A stretch of 64,000 bases of DNA, from NCBI GenBank assembly GCA_965203295.1, contig CBDBCZ010000014.1, forward strand, positions 960,001 to 1,024,000, written 5' to 3'. Shown here one piece after another: positions 39,245 to 53,261 of this stretch (its first letter is position 1; the number at the start of each line of letters is the position of its first letter). The position numbers and the translations under genes were made by a program. The stretch comes from Nitrospirales bacterium. Its GTDB lineage: Bacteria; Nitrospirota; Nitrospiria; Nitrospirales; UBA8639. The notes beneath the pieces were generated by a model. It ran no database searches. It saw only the letters and a program-made list of their open reading frames with translations, and had not been told where the DNA came from.

Positions 39245-41402
39245 TTAATTACTGCCTATCTGTGATGGTAGGGAAAATGGAGAAAAGGTGATAATGCGTG
39301 ACAAAGCGGTGAGGTGGTGTGATGGTAAGATTAAGATTATGATAAGGATCATACTGGAGTGTGGTATTGGCAGGGGAGATAAACGGGGAGAGTGTTACAG
39401 ACGATGTTCGAAAATCAAGGAATTGGTATAGATAGTTGAAATGAGGTGATTGAAAGGGCTAATTAAGATTTTCATGAAAACAGGAAAGAGTTTTTGGGCA
39501 TTTTTTGGCAGGATCTTCAAAAGGTAGTCATAAGGGTATATTGCTTCTTTGAGGAGTATTCCAGGTTCATGTGCAACCAGCACTAAGGGAAATTTGGAAG
39601 TATTTACGTGAACATTATGAAAGGCTGGGTACAGCATCCGTAGATGATCAGTTTGATAGTAACTGGAAAGAGCATGTAGAGCAGAAAGTGACAGAGTATA
39701 GGGAAATGTCTAGACTACGGAAGGTTAAGGTTTTGGACAGGGGAATTATTTTGCAGAAATTTAACTAAAACCCCAAAGAACTAGAAGTCTCTAGCAGAGA
39801 CATACCGATTGCCAATACGAACACGTGACCAGAGTCCGTATATACCCGACCCCCATTGTATTCTAGTTGTGACCGTATTAAAAAGGCAGAATGTACCATT
39901 GTTAAATAAGAAAGAGCTGGAGATGAAGCGTATGGAACCACTTTGGCGACTATCAGGTACACAACCGGACATTTTTTTTTAGATTTCAATGTTGCTGTTG
40001 TGTTTAGCAATCGCTTAACCTTGCAAATCGCGAGATAGCCCGATTTTTGGGTGGACAGACAACGAACGAACGAACGCACGGACGAACAGACAGAATTAAT
40101 CACTTAACCCTGCCACCGCCTACACACCGCGGGGCAATAATAATACAGGAGGTAATGATGGGTTAGTTGGGGAGCTTTTTAGGCACGGTGGCAAAGGAGT
40201 AGCTACATGTAGTCTGTTGAAAGTCTTATATGAAGTAGTTTGGACAAAGGAGAGTGTTCCTAAACAACAAGGACAAGTGTTAACTTTTAGCTTGTATAAG
40301 AAAGGTGATACTGAGGACCTGGGTATTTAGAGGCATTTCATTATTAAATGTGGGAGGAAAACTGTTCTAAACAATCTCATAGTAATCACATTAGAATGAG
40401 AAAGAGCTCTTCATGAAGATTCAGAGAGAAAACGAGTCGTGTTGATAGAATTTTTGCTTTCAATGACACCATACCAGGTAGAATGAGGAACACTTATTCT
40501 TCTTTCGTGACGTTCAGAAGTATTTGACACAGTTTAACATGATGGCTTATAGTTTAAGGTATGAGAAATTTGTGTTAGGGGCAGGATGAGGTGAGCTATT
40601 GAGGATATCACACATAGTGCTGTTGTACTGGAGGCAGAAATATCTGATATAGGTCAGGGGGTGGCACAGGGTTGTAGTATGTCGCCTATCCTCTTATCTA
40701 ACTTTATTAATCAGTTGTTAGGTGAGTTTGAGAAGGCTGTGATTGGCGTTAATATTAAGAAGTATGTTCAGGTTGGGGGTCTAATGTTTGCCCAAAGATT
40801 TTGTAGGTTTAACTACTAACGCTCAGGACTGACAAACATTGATTAATGTATTACAGGGGTTTTGTAAAAAATGGAGTTTGAAATCTAACATACAAAAGAG
40901 TGCTGTTATGGTAATTTTTTTAAAGAGGTTGATATAAAGATATTCCAGAGGTTGTAAGTTACTGTTACTTGCTGGGCATTGAATTTGCAAATAATGGTTC
41001 ATGAATAGCCATGTACAGAGGGTAATAAATAGTGGAAAGAAAAATCTACATAGGGTTTTAGTAACAGTAATATCAGTACAGTTACAAGAAGGATAAGTAT
41101 TGCTAGTTTCAGTACTTCACCCTGCTTTAGAATATGGTAGTGAAGTGTGGGCAGACAGCTTCCTGGAATTTTTCAGCTAGGAGATATTTGGCTGCTCTTC
41201 TAAAACATGTAGTGAAGCAGTAAGGGGGGGGGGGGGTATGGGGTTAGAATCTATTGAAAGGCAGGAGGCATCTATAGGTGCAAACTTAAGTGGTGTTATA
41301 AAGTCAGTAATTTGTATGATGAGAGATATCCTAGCTTACTAGACAGTGAGTGGTAAGTGAAATTGTGCAGAGGTAGGCAGAGAAAGACCTGGAGGCAATA
41401 CG
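39245..41402 (+). pseudogene. Degraded LINE reverse transcriptase, copy 2
   Basis: Paralog of 28600-30755. Confidence 0.85.
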
Positions 41403-43873
41403 TGCTACAACAGCGACACGAATATGTTAATACCTATCTGCATTATATCAGCTGCAGTTGATGTGCCATTCTTGTGAAATGTACAAACCTGTGAAACAGT
41501 GTATCCATTGCGGACAGTACTGAAGTAAACAGAGTTACTCTTTCGAGTAGACCTAAAGGTAGAGCTGGCTTTACTGCTCGGGTACTGTGCCACACCTGAG
41601 AGAAGAGAGAGCAGGAATATTAAGGTAATAACTGCATGGACAAACCTGTAAGATCTTACGATAAAGGAGCAGGTACACATAAAAGGCACCGCTCTTGTTG
41701 TCTACAAGTTTTCACTCAAGAGTTCTACTATAATCTTGTTCATGGCTAGGAATGATGATGACTTCTTGCACTTACTATTTAAGGTACATGTAGTGGTACC
41801 ACATCATTGAACACATTAATTACAACTGCTTGCTAACCCTTAGTCATCAATGTTTATAGGGGTGAGGATGTTACAAGACTAGTTTGCACTATTGCATATC
41901 TTCAGTTTGAACAAAATCTACTTTTTCACTTCTTGGAACATAAAACAGTAAAACGCAAAATGCAAAATTTTGTACTTCGAAGTTCCCAAGAAAGCGTTAA
42001 AACCTTCTGAGACTTCGCCAAGGCAGAGGTTAAATGAATCTATTGGCAAAGTAAAGATTAACAGCTAGCTTCTACTGATGAATCAGGTAGTCCTCACAAA
42101 CAGACACTTTAGTTCTTGTTCCAAAATCTGGCTCCAGGTGGACCAAATTTAAAAGGCCTAGCTACTTGATGTAGATGACCAGCTGCAAGTTAGAGACTCA
42201 GGTACTTTCCTTAATGGCCCCACTTTACAAACCTCATGGACTCACAGGATCCTCTTTCAATCTCTTCTGGTGTGTCTGGGTCATCCTGTGAGAAAGGGGG
42301 TATATTACGTACATATATGTATGCACAATCATATAGTCTGAGTATGTGCCTACACATACACTGCAACAGTAGCTATGATGGTACATGTATACAGATAATG
42401 CTATCATGCTATCATACTCTGACAATATATACCGGTACTATTGTATTGTCTATCATTTGAATGCATTCAATGGTGTGTTCACATGTTAGGCATTGTAGTT
42501 GTTCCAGTGCTGGTGCTAGCCATATTGGTTAGGCTGTGATTGGTTACCAGAGTGCTGCAGCGGGAGCTTTAAAGTAGTACAGCTTGGCTGGTAGCATTAT
42601 CACAGCTGCTGGCAAAGCTGACCGAAAATTTCCATAGTTCATGGTAGTTCTATGTGTAACAGTCACCATGCTGTCGTGATCTGAGGGCTTGTGCTACCTG
42701 CGAAGGGCTTGGATCTGCAGAGTCAAAGCCAAGGGCTGGGCTCCCATCGTAAGGTTTGTGATTTTAGTATGAGCAAAAGGTTACCGTTTATTTGTACATA
42801 TGATTAGCTAAGAGCTGAGCTGTTATTAACTTCGTATCTGGTCTTTTTTCCTCTCTCCATAAGTTTCTCCTTCACTGTAAGATTTTTTGTGGTGTAACAC
42901 ACATCACTCTATTTCACTGCATATTCATAGAGGCTGCAAGATGAGCGTGCAGAGGTGGAGAAACAGAGAGAGTACTTTACCAAGCTAAGGGAGGAATTGC
43001 AGCCTGGAGATAAACAGAAGGTGGAGTGCATGGTGCAGACTCACAATACAAAATCAACTGACTAAACTAGAGCTGGGATGGGCCAAAGAATTTTGGTACA
43101 ATTTTTTTTGTGGCCAGCATACCTGATAGTATTGCAATCTACTGCACATTCTCTATTATACGAAGATAGGTAAGTTTAAGTGCTACTGATTATTAATTGT
43201 AGGTGTTTACAATATAATTCTTAGGATAGACTAGTTTAGTGCAGGCGCAATTAATGACATCTCATGATTATATCAATCTTTCACTTGCTATGTATGTACA
43301 TAGCAAGTGGTGGGGTTGTACCTCTACAAAGATTTGCAGTGAACAGCTTTATAATGTTAATGTCAGACAGGGTAAGAACAATCTCAGGCCCAGCGAACCC
43401 CCTGCATGCACAGATTTGGAAGGTATTGGGGTCAAAGTACAATGTAAGATAACCTTTTCATCTCAGCAGCAAGCCTGCGCTCTAACTGTGACTCAGATTC
43501 ATGTCTAATCCGATCTTTCGCCTAGTAGCAGCAAAGGAAAGGGAAATAAGTTCAAATATTTGCACTGTAATATAACGATCATTTGGACAGCTTATTGGAA
43601 CACTTCAGACTCACTAATGTCTCTACTGCTACCATGAAGAAGCTGAACATTTAAGAAAACAATTGCTACATTATTCTGCATCCTAACTACATAGGTAAGA
43701 GTTGACTCATTAGTCTACCAGGCTATTGAAAGGTTCGTCACAACACTGCAGCTGGTTGCTGGTAGTATACGTATACATGTACAACTAAAATGATCAGTAA
43801 CGTAATTTGGCAAAAACATGCATATGTACACATCACACATATGTATGTTACTTCTCTACATACATCATTCACA

Positions 43874-46800
43874 AATTACATACCAATTATTATTTCCAGG
43901 TCTGCTATCTTGCCATACGAGGCATCTCTCTCAGGCTGAGCTTGACTCATTAGTTGTTGGTGGGCCTCCAGAACTGCTGCCTATGAAGGAAAGGTACTGG
44001 GAGAATCATTTCAACAGCAGTAGATTCAGCATGGCAGATTTGTCTCAATCGCACCCTTCCCACCTTTTGCTTTTGAGCTTTCTCCCTTTCTCTTTCAATC
44101 CTCTCAATTTCTTCATGACCCAAAATATTCACCCTATAGCAGCGGTATGTAGATGTGGGCTGTATCTCAATTATCGCGAATAGCTAGTATGGTCTAGCTG
44201 TTGAGTCTGGTATGTTTGTACACGTATTCTAGCTGTGGTTATATCTTAATTATTGTACTAATAGTATGAACCTGTGTTCAAGCTGTTGCTTCAACTTTGT
44301 GATCTCTTGCTTATAGGCTGACAGCAATGCTTTCTGTGACATGTCCTTGTTGATCTGCGCAGTGGTCTTGATACTTTTTGCCCTGAGTATTCAAATGCGG
44401 GTATAGAAAGAGAATACTGCTAAGAAAAAACTGATAATGGACATAATTAACTGTTTTAATAAGTGTAAAGACAAACCAATCTGAAGGAAAGCAGATTTAG
44501 CCAGTGACTCTGAACACAACACTAGGTGTGCTAGTAGTGGTGGCTGCCAGCAGATACGTATACAACTCAACCGTTCCTAGTATGAAATATGTACGTGAAC
44601 AGACTGCTACGTACTTGCATGTAACATTAATTGAAGGATAATAATAGCATGCTTCCCTTACACCAGAGTAAATTCTTACACACATTTTCACTGTGGGTGT
44701 AATTACGTGAAAATAAGTACTGGATACTGTTATGTACATGCGTACCTCTGTTCTTCCAAATCTTATACTTCTGTGTTGCCTCCAAGGCAGTCCTGCAGCA
44801 ACCGTGTCAGCTTAGAATCTCGATAAGGAATATACTTCACACCCGAGGTTGTCAGTGCTATTACCACCTTCACTACTACACCTTTGCAATTGACAGCATT
44901 TCCACTGGGAAAATTAAGGCCATGTACACTTTAATCAAAGACTATCAGTGTAACAATCATTTTTTAGCATTCTAAAAGAGTTAATTAAATAATAATATAC
45001 TCATGTCACTGCTTAGTCTCGTGGGCCAGCCCACTTCTTCTTAGAGGGAAGGTGGCCTGGGGAGCTGCCATACTGGCATGCGTCACTCGGGAATTCAATT
45101 AGTTTTGCAACAGTCACATGCTGTTAGTGCATGCTATATATATAGCGTGGGAAAATTACCACGTGTGAGTTTATTAGTGGCTATTGTCTACAGTATATAC
45201 TACCATAGAACTCAATTACAGAGCTATATTACCTATGGTACTACATTGTACTTAGTACTGCAGCGCAAGCGGTGCGACGGAACGACGAAATCGGAAGTTT
45301 TCTGCCTTGGCTGTGGCTGCAAGGCCTTGAAGGGAGGCGGAAGAATGCTGTGCAGTGATGCTTCTCGAAATGGTTTACCAATGTGGGAGAAGATCTTTGA
45401 CGCAAAGCTGCAAAAACTAGGAAAGGAGGCTGATAAACAATTAGTCTAGTCAGTCTGGCCGCGAGACTGGCTAGTCACTGCTGTAGGGCTTACGCCATTG
45501 ACCACACACCCACATACGCCGGCGGAGCTTGTAAGATCTCCAGTCCGAGGACAAGAACAAGAGCAACGAGATGTTTCACCATCTTGATCACCATATAATT
45601 TATTATTCCTAGTAATATTCTAGATTAAACTCTTAACTGGTCATAATAATTAAAGTATACCTGTCCTAATTCTCACACCTTACAGCAAAGCCTGTTCTCA
45701 AAAAAGTATTGAGAGTACTAAACTCTTTGCACGATGATACAAATATGCAGCACAATAATCAGTGTACAATGTGTTGGCTAAGTAGTAAGTAACTCAGCTT
45801 CACACCTAAGGATTAATTACATAAACAGATTCATAGAGGATTCATTTATGTCTGGAATTTTACCAAAATATTTATATGATCGTTATATGCAGCAATTAAC
45901 AGAGATTGGGAAGCACACCCCTCCTGCTGTCTACTGATCATGAATCAAATTTTGAAGAATTATAGCTCTACCTACCTGTTTGTCCACTGGCAATGATGCT
46001 GCCGTTTTATCCAAGGAGCACGGAATCCACACTACTTCTCACACATACATCGAATATCACATCTTGAGTGGAGCTGCAGGATGTACAGTATGTGCACATT
46101 AGGCAAGCATATGCTGGAATTCACTCCACCATTTGGCAAATAGAGATGTTCATTTTTGTCACCAGCCAGCAAAAGGAATGTATAGGAATGTAGCATTGGG
46201 GGTGGGACTACCCAGCCCACACCTCATACTTGGCTGATCGTGTTCACGCAAAGGCCAGCAAGAGCGTGTTTCACTATCATGTCTTCAGGAAACATTTTTA
46301 TCATCATAATTATGTATTACAGTACACAGAAAAAACATTATCAGAAGGAATCTGCTATGTGACACTGTGCCTTGATTTTCCATTGTATGTACATAGTGAA
46401 CTAACCTGGGTCCGAACACGAGATCATTGAAGAAATTGTGTGTTCGTGATACGTCAGACCGTATTAGCTCTCCAATTCCGATCTGTGAAGGCACTTCCTT
46501 GTGCTCTGCATTAACCTAAACACACTGTGTGTGTACATGGAAGAAATACATTTACATGATGCTACAGATACATATGCATACATGGCAACCACAGTTATTT
46601 GCAAGAGGCAATAACTGTTACACTACGTTATAGCAGTTGTGATAGAGACCCCACCAAACATTGTCAGGGACAGCGCAAGACTCTATGTCAAAGACTTTCA
46701 ATGTCAATGGCTATCACTTAACGTCTAACAGTAAAAAATGTGTCAAAGACTAGCTACTTTCAAGTTATTTCGTAGGTCTACAGAGGTTTGCACTCGATAA

Positions 46801-47155
46801 AATACAGCCCTAACAATGCTACAGATGAAAGGCTCATCACTGATCATGAGCAGGGCAAGCTTTCTGGTTTCTACTCTACACAGTCTCCTGCAAGCTTTTA
46901 CAAACCTCTGTACCGACACGGGAGCTAGTCTCGCGAGTCAGACTGTACAGGAGCTAGCTAGCATAGCTGACCAAATTACAGTACAGAACGGGTAAGGTAA
47001 GTGGGGGGTAACTTCGGAAATTACGGGTACATATTAGCGAGTAAAAACTCACATGGCTTGAAATAGTTTTAATCTCCCGTTGTATGAGTGGCCTGACTCG
47101 TACAGCAACCTCTCCTCCCCTCCCTGGCGAGGATTCTCGACGGTTCAGCGCACAT
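43874..47155 (-). pseudogene. Kinesin motor pseudogene, copy 3
   Basis: Same exons; retains [20 protein letters not shown] in frame but shares the LLG*NG stop. Confidence 0.88.
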
Positions 47156-47876
47156 GCGCAATTATTGTGTGAATGAATGGGGGTGGGGCTATCTAGACCT
47201 GTACCTGTACGCATACGCACAGCACTCAGAACTGTGTGGACGCACGTATACATAGGTATTATCTACTAGGTGAATGGGGCGAGCGTGAGCGAGTTCATCA
47301 TGCCATAGATTATCTATGATCATACATAGCTGACTTGGATATGCAGGGCTGGTAATGCATTACACTATTTTAATGAGAGACATTATAGAGCATGATATAT
47401 TTTTACATGCAGCGGTATATTACAGTGGTCAACAATCATCATTATGATATAGAAGGATAGGCTTATAGTTGAGAAAAACTCAAATGTTAGTCTGGTTGGT
47501 TTGTACTTAATGCCTGTGAATGCCAGTGACAATATTGAGGCTGTACTTCAAAGTAAACGGAGGGGCAGATAGGAGGGAAGTTTCGGTGACGTCTTCATCT
47601 TGCATGTGCAATGTCAACAAGTTAAGATTGGTGCTTAAAACATTGAGGACGTGTATGCTGCTGTTGTGAATGATGATGACAAGTCGTTGAAGGCAGTTCA
47701 GAAGCTCCCGATAAACACCACTGCAGAGAGGGATTACTCTGCACAGGAGACATGCCACCTTCTCCTCCAGCTACCATGTCGCGGCAACGCGGGACTTCAT
47801 CATCCTTTGTCCTTGCGCTGCTGCCCTGCGTTCTCGCCAGCGTGCATGTAAACTTGGTCTCCGCCTTCGCCGTGCT

Positions 47877-49999
47877 GGTCACTTAGAGAAAGACGTAATT
47901 CTTGTAAAATTCCCATGAGTAACTCATGGGATAGAATTACGTCACCTATGCCATGAGTTACTCATGGGAAAAAATTACGTCATTTACACCTTGAGTTACT
48001 CATGGGACAGAATTACGTGCTTTCATTGCACGTAAAATCCCCCCAAGTATGCACCTTATCCTAGCTTATACCAGGGAAAGAATTACGTCCTTTGCATGTA
48101 AGGGATGTTCCTGTAATCAATTAAATATTGGCTATGAATATCATTTAGATTCCCCTCTGAGAGTACCCCTGTTGCGTGTTCTAATTTGACGTAAAAGCTT
48201 CCCTATAGGCAAGCATAAACATTATATGGGAGAGAATTACGTCCTTTAAATAATTACACTCCCTTAAGGGGTTCCCTTGTTAAAATATAATTATATCACA
48301 CAAATAGATACTGTAACCTTAACACAAGAGAACAATTCAGCAATGGCTGGCTATGAATCTCATTTGTAATCCCACAGGATTACCTCTCATGATGTAAAAG
48401 TGATAGCCAAGCACATTCACCTGCGAACAAATTTGTGGAATTACTTAAGAAACAAACCTTGGTGTACTACTTTAGCCCTTTTTCTGCTGTACATACTTTA
48501 GTGCGTTATATTAGGTGTTCATATAAAAATAAAATGCTGAGGCATATAATTATACATCACCTCTAAGTTAACCAGTCTGGTGAATGTGACATATGCTTTA
48601 GTCCTGGGGAATTTGTGTGCAGTGAGATCAAATAACCCGCAAGGAATGCTGCGAGCAACTGCATCAACATCCTAAAAGAGCTAACCACAAACCTCTGCCT
48701 GATAAAGACACCTGAGTCCTCTCAAACCTCTACAAATCTTGCTTCAGGTATCGATAAAGATCGTGTTCACAATGAATCTGATACATTTGATTCAAATCGC
48801 GTCCACAATGGATCATTGTGTTCAGATGATGATGACTTTCCTTTGCTTGATTCACCTTCTCTTAATGAAACATTTGAACATGCTGCAAAAATTGCAACTC
48901 TTAATTGCTGAATGTTTTTCATCAACCAGGTTCGATGATTTTCAAAAGTCATTCATTGACTGTACACTGGCTGGTAGAGATTCAATCATTGTTCAGCCAA
49001 CTGGTAGCGGCAAATCACTTTGCTTTCAATTTCCTCCAGGCCAGTTTATGCAAATAAGAAGGCTATAGTGATATCCTCTACCATATAAGCCTGATGCATT
49101 ACAAACCTTTCTGAAAAAAATATCAAGTCTACATTCTTAGGGTCAGCTCAACCTGACAAAACTGTTGAGGACAAGTCACTAGCTATCTGCTGACAGTAAG
49201 GATAGTATAATATTTGTCATACCAGAATGGATATCAAAACCAGAGAAAAGAGAGAAAATAATGAAATCATTGTGTGATAAAGGTAAGCTCAGTTTAATTG
49301 CAATTGATGAAATCATTGTGTGATAAAGGTAAGCTCAGTTTAATTGCAATTGATGAAGTACACATCTTTATCACCAATGGCAAGAATTTCGAACAAGCTA
49401 CAAAGACCTGGAATTAAGTTAAGGGTTCCTCCTCCAGATGCACTAGCTATGTACATTACCCTCAGGGAAAGAATGTTAATGAGTCATTATTAGACGTACT
49501 TACATGCAAAGGACATAATTCTCTGCACAACTACATGTACAGTAGTACCTCTAAGAGGGAATGTAAATAAGATTCATAGCCAATCATTTTAATATTTACA
49601 GGTACATCCCTTTCATGCAAACGACGTAGTTCTTTCCCATATAATACTGATTCTTGCCTATCTATAGGGAAGCTTTTACGTCAAATTAGAACACACAACA
49701 GGGGTACAATGTACTCTCAGAGGGGAATCTAAATGATATTCATAGCCAATATTTGATTGATTACAGGAACATCTCTTACATGCAAAGGACATAATTCTTT
49801 CCCTGGTATAAGCTAGGATAAGGTGCATACTTGGGGGATTTTACATGCAATGAAAGCACGTAATTCTGTCCCATGAGTGACTCAAGGTGTAAATGACGTA
49901 ATTCTTTCCCATGAGTAACTCATGGTATAGGTGACGTAATTCTATCCCATGAGTTACTCATGGGATTTCACCTAATTTTACGTCATTTATACCGCGACC
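47877..49999 (+). mobile_element. 2123-bp DNA transposon with ~370-bp TIRs, GGTC..GACC ends and 9-bp TSD, carrying a RecQ helicase relic
   Basis: TSD cgccgtgct at 47868-47876 and 50000-50008, single copy at the empty site in B1/B2; 47877-~48246 is the reverse complement of ~49620-49999. Confidence 0.9.
48900..49420 (+). pseudogene. RecQ-family helicase fragment (motifs 0/I to II), frameshifted
   Basis: FDDFQKSFIDCTLAGRDSIIVQPTGSGKSLCFQFPP; later STFLGSAQPDK, IIFVIPEWI, LSLIAIDEVH and QWQEFRTSYKDL; small internal tandem duplication at ~49262-49356. Confidence 0.85.
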
Positions 50000-51806
50000 C
50001 GCCGTGCTCGCTCGTTCTCTAGCCTTCTCTCCTTCTCCACAGGGGTTTCGGCCGCTCTCCTTTCTCTGTAGCGCTGTCTGCGCCGTTCCAATGTCCGCTG
50101 TCTACACAAGTCACTCATTCTCTCTCTCAGGAGTGCACGAAGTCTCGCGGGCCAGACTAACTTTTCGCGAAAAGTTACTCTGGGCCGCGAGACTATACAG
50201 TCAGTGCACGCACGTGTTGTAAGGTAAATGGGGGTAACTTCGGACGCGCTTTTTATAGGGATAACTTCGGACACTCGCTAGGAAACGATGCACAATGCTG
50301 CGCGCTGTATATCGCACATCGGTCTAGCGAGTGTCGGAAGTTACCCACGTGTCCGTTGGAGAATAATTGCCGCTGAAACGCGCGCCAACAGTTGTTGAAA
50401 CAGGCATATGCATGCCAACGTTTTTACGGAATAGACCATGAACGGACGCGCACGCACGCACATGCAGGTCTACAGGAAGGGGGGGGAGCTCACTCACGCT
50501 CGCCCCAAAAGGGTAAGTAATTGTAAAAATACAACAAATAAAATAATAATAAAAAAGAACACAACAGTTAAACATGTGATGACAGCTTCATCACATGTAA
50601 ATAGTCACAAAACGAAGTCTCATCCACTTGAATCTTGACTTCCTGCTTAAACAATCTTTATGCTATTGTTCACGGTATCTGCATTTGAAATCACCACTGA
50701 TGCACTCTCTGGTAGAGCTTGTAAATTTTCATTTGGGTGCTCGGATACTGTCGAGCTCCAGCCACTGCTTGCGATGTGCGTGAGCTCGCTACCTGCATGG
50801 CAGTATAAACATTATACAATAATCAACATGATATTTTAGTTACAGAAACAATATAATAGAGCCAGTAACGCCTCGATACGAATCTGATCGATTAGTACAC
50901 TCAAATACGTATGCATAGCCTATTTGTAGAATCTGAATGCCAGAGCTCAGTATGTACATAACAACTTACAATTGTATACGCATTAAAGTAATAGCAGGAT
51001 GATTATTGTTTTTGAAAGCACTGACAGGCTCATGCAGTAGCACTGTGACTTACTCTCTTCTTGTACAGCCTGGTATTTTTCTGCTGTAACTTTGCCTTCT
51101 GGCTTCCTACCCTGGGAGGTGAAACATTGTATGAAGCCGGTGATGTAACGAAGAATAACATAAACACTTGGCCATCATTGCCTCTACCAAGTGTCAGCTC
51201 TAGACTCTACTGCAAGCTCTATATGTATGCCACACCTCACAGTCACCTAATGCACTAGCTGTCACCATAGTCACTGTTGATTCCAGAGACATTTTTGCAT
51301 GCTTAACGCAAAGAGGTACACAAGCAGTAAATCCTTATTGGTCCCTCTCTCTATGTGCACATGATTGCAGCCATTCATGCCTTTCATTCTCCTTGAAATA
51401 TCCTCAGAAATGTGTGGCCTAACCAGAAATAGAATTTGTGATAGAGCCTAATTTTCAAACCATAAACTAAACAACTACTCAACCAAGGGAACAAAACTTT
51501 CAACCACTGCTCAAACTACACAGATGTATCACTATTATTCATCCAATCAGTGGAAATGTACTTAAACATTTTTGTATGTATTTTTATCTTTCCTTATAAA
51601 GTTGTGTAGCAGTTTTATCAAAGAAAACACTGATGTACATGGACTTATACAGAAAATAATGACAGTCTTGCGTCTTCAAGACACGACAAAGACTAGTTAT
51701 CTAGTTTTGATTCCCCCCCCCCCCTCCACACACACACACTATTTAAAAGTTAGGTATGCATTATATAAAAGTGTGCCAGAGACAGGACACATAGCTAGCA
51801 GTTGCA

Positions 51807-52763
51807 TTAATTACTGCCTATCTGTGATGGTAGGGAAAATGGAGAAAAGGTGATAATGCGTGACAAAGCGGTGAGGTGGTGTGATGGTAAGATTAAGATT
51901 ATGATAAGGATCATACTGGAGTGTGGTATTGGCAGGGGAGATAAACGGGGAGAGTGTTACAGACGATGTTCGAAAATCAAGGAATTGGTATAGATAGTTG
52001 AAATGAGGTGATTGAAAGGGCTAATTAAGATTTTCATGAAAACAGGAAAGAGTTTTTGGGCATTTTTTGGCAGGATCTTCAAAAGGTAGTCATAAGGGTA
52101 TATTGCTTCTTTGAGGAGTATTCCAGGTTCATGTGCAACCAGCACTAAGGGAAATTTGGAAGTATTTACGTGAACATTATGAAAGGCTGGGTACAGCATC
52201 CGTAGATGATCAGTTTGATAGTAACTGGAAAGAGCATGTAGAGCAGAAAGTGACAGAGTATAGGGAAATGTCTAGACTACGGAAGGTTAAGGTTTTGGAC
52301 AGGGGAATTATTTTGCAGAAATTTAACTAAAACCCCAAAGAACTAGAAGTCTCTAGCAGAGACATACCGATTGCCAATACGAACACGTGACCAGAGTCCG
52401 TATATACCCGGCCCCCATTGTATTCTAGTTGTGACCGTATTAAAAAGGCAGAATGTACCATTGTTAAATAAGAAAGAGCTGGAGATGCAGTGTATGGAAC
52501 CACTTTGGCGACTATCAGGTACACAACCGGACATTTTTTTTTAGATTTCAATGTTGCTGTTGTGTTTAGCAATCGCTTAACCCTGCAAATCGCTAGATAG
52601 CCCGATTTTTGGGTGGACAGACAACGAACGAACGAACGCACGGACGGACAGACAGAATTAATCGCTTAACCCTGCCGCCGCCTATGCACCGCGGGGTAAT
52701 AATAATACAGGAGGTAATGATGGGTTAGTTGGGGAGCTTTTTAGGTACGGTGGCAAAGGAGTA
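51807..52763 (+). pseudogene. LINE relic, copy 3, truncated at the B3/A' junction
   Basis: Paralog of 28600-29555. Confidence 0.8.
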
Positions 52764-53261
52764 CTTTGAGTGGTACTAGCACACCAGTTTCTCAGCACAC
52801 CACTGGTGTGCTGTGAAGAGAAGTGTGCAGGGCACACTATCATTGTAATCCAGTGTGTACTGCACACCACTTGTGTTTTTACAAGTGGTCATAGCACACT
52901 AATTTTAAGAGGTGTGCTGCACAGCCGCTATCATGCCACTGACTGTATGAGAATAGGACAGGTATGATCTTCATACGTGCTGCAATGATTTCTGTGAGAC
53001 TGCGCTGGGTACTGCATCACAGCAGGTGTGCACAATGACATAGAGAGGTAGAAGGGAGTCGGAATGGGAAGCTCTCATGCGAAAAATCAATTTTTTTCCC
53101 ACAGGAGATATTATGAGCACACAGTCAGGACTAGCCTTGTTTTCATTCCTATCCACCCCAGCCTCAAGATAAAAGCTGGGATTGGCAGGACTGGGAACAA
53201 GGATAGTCAGGAGAGCCTTGAAACAGTAGGTTATGGCTGTGTAGCAAAGCGATACTATGCC

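Larger units (their letters stand above)
31311..41957. repeat. Tandem segmental duplication unit B2 (10647 bp)
   Basis: Near-identical to B1 but lacks the TTAA MITE. Confidence 0.97.
41958..52763. repeat. Unit B3: more diverged, 3'-truncated, with a 2.1-kb insertion
   Basis: Colinear with B1 up to the equivalent of ~29555 (ggcaaaggagta), then joins A'; carries many private indels. Confidence 0.95.
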
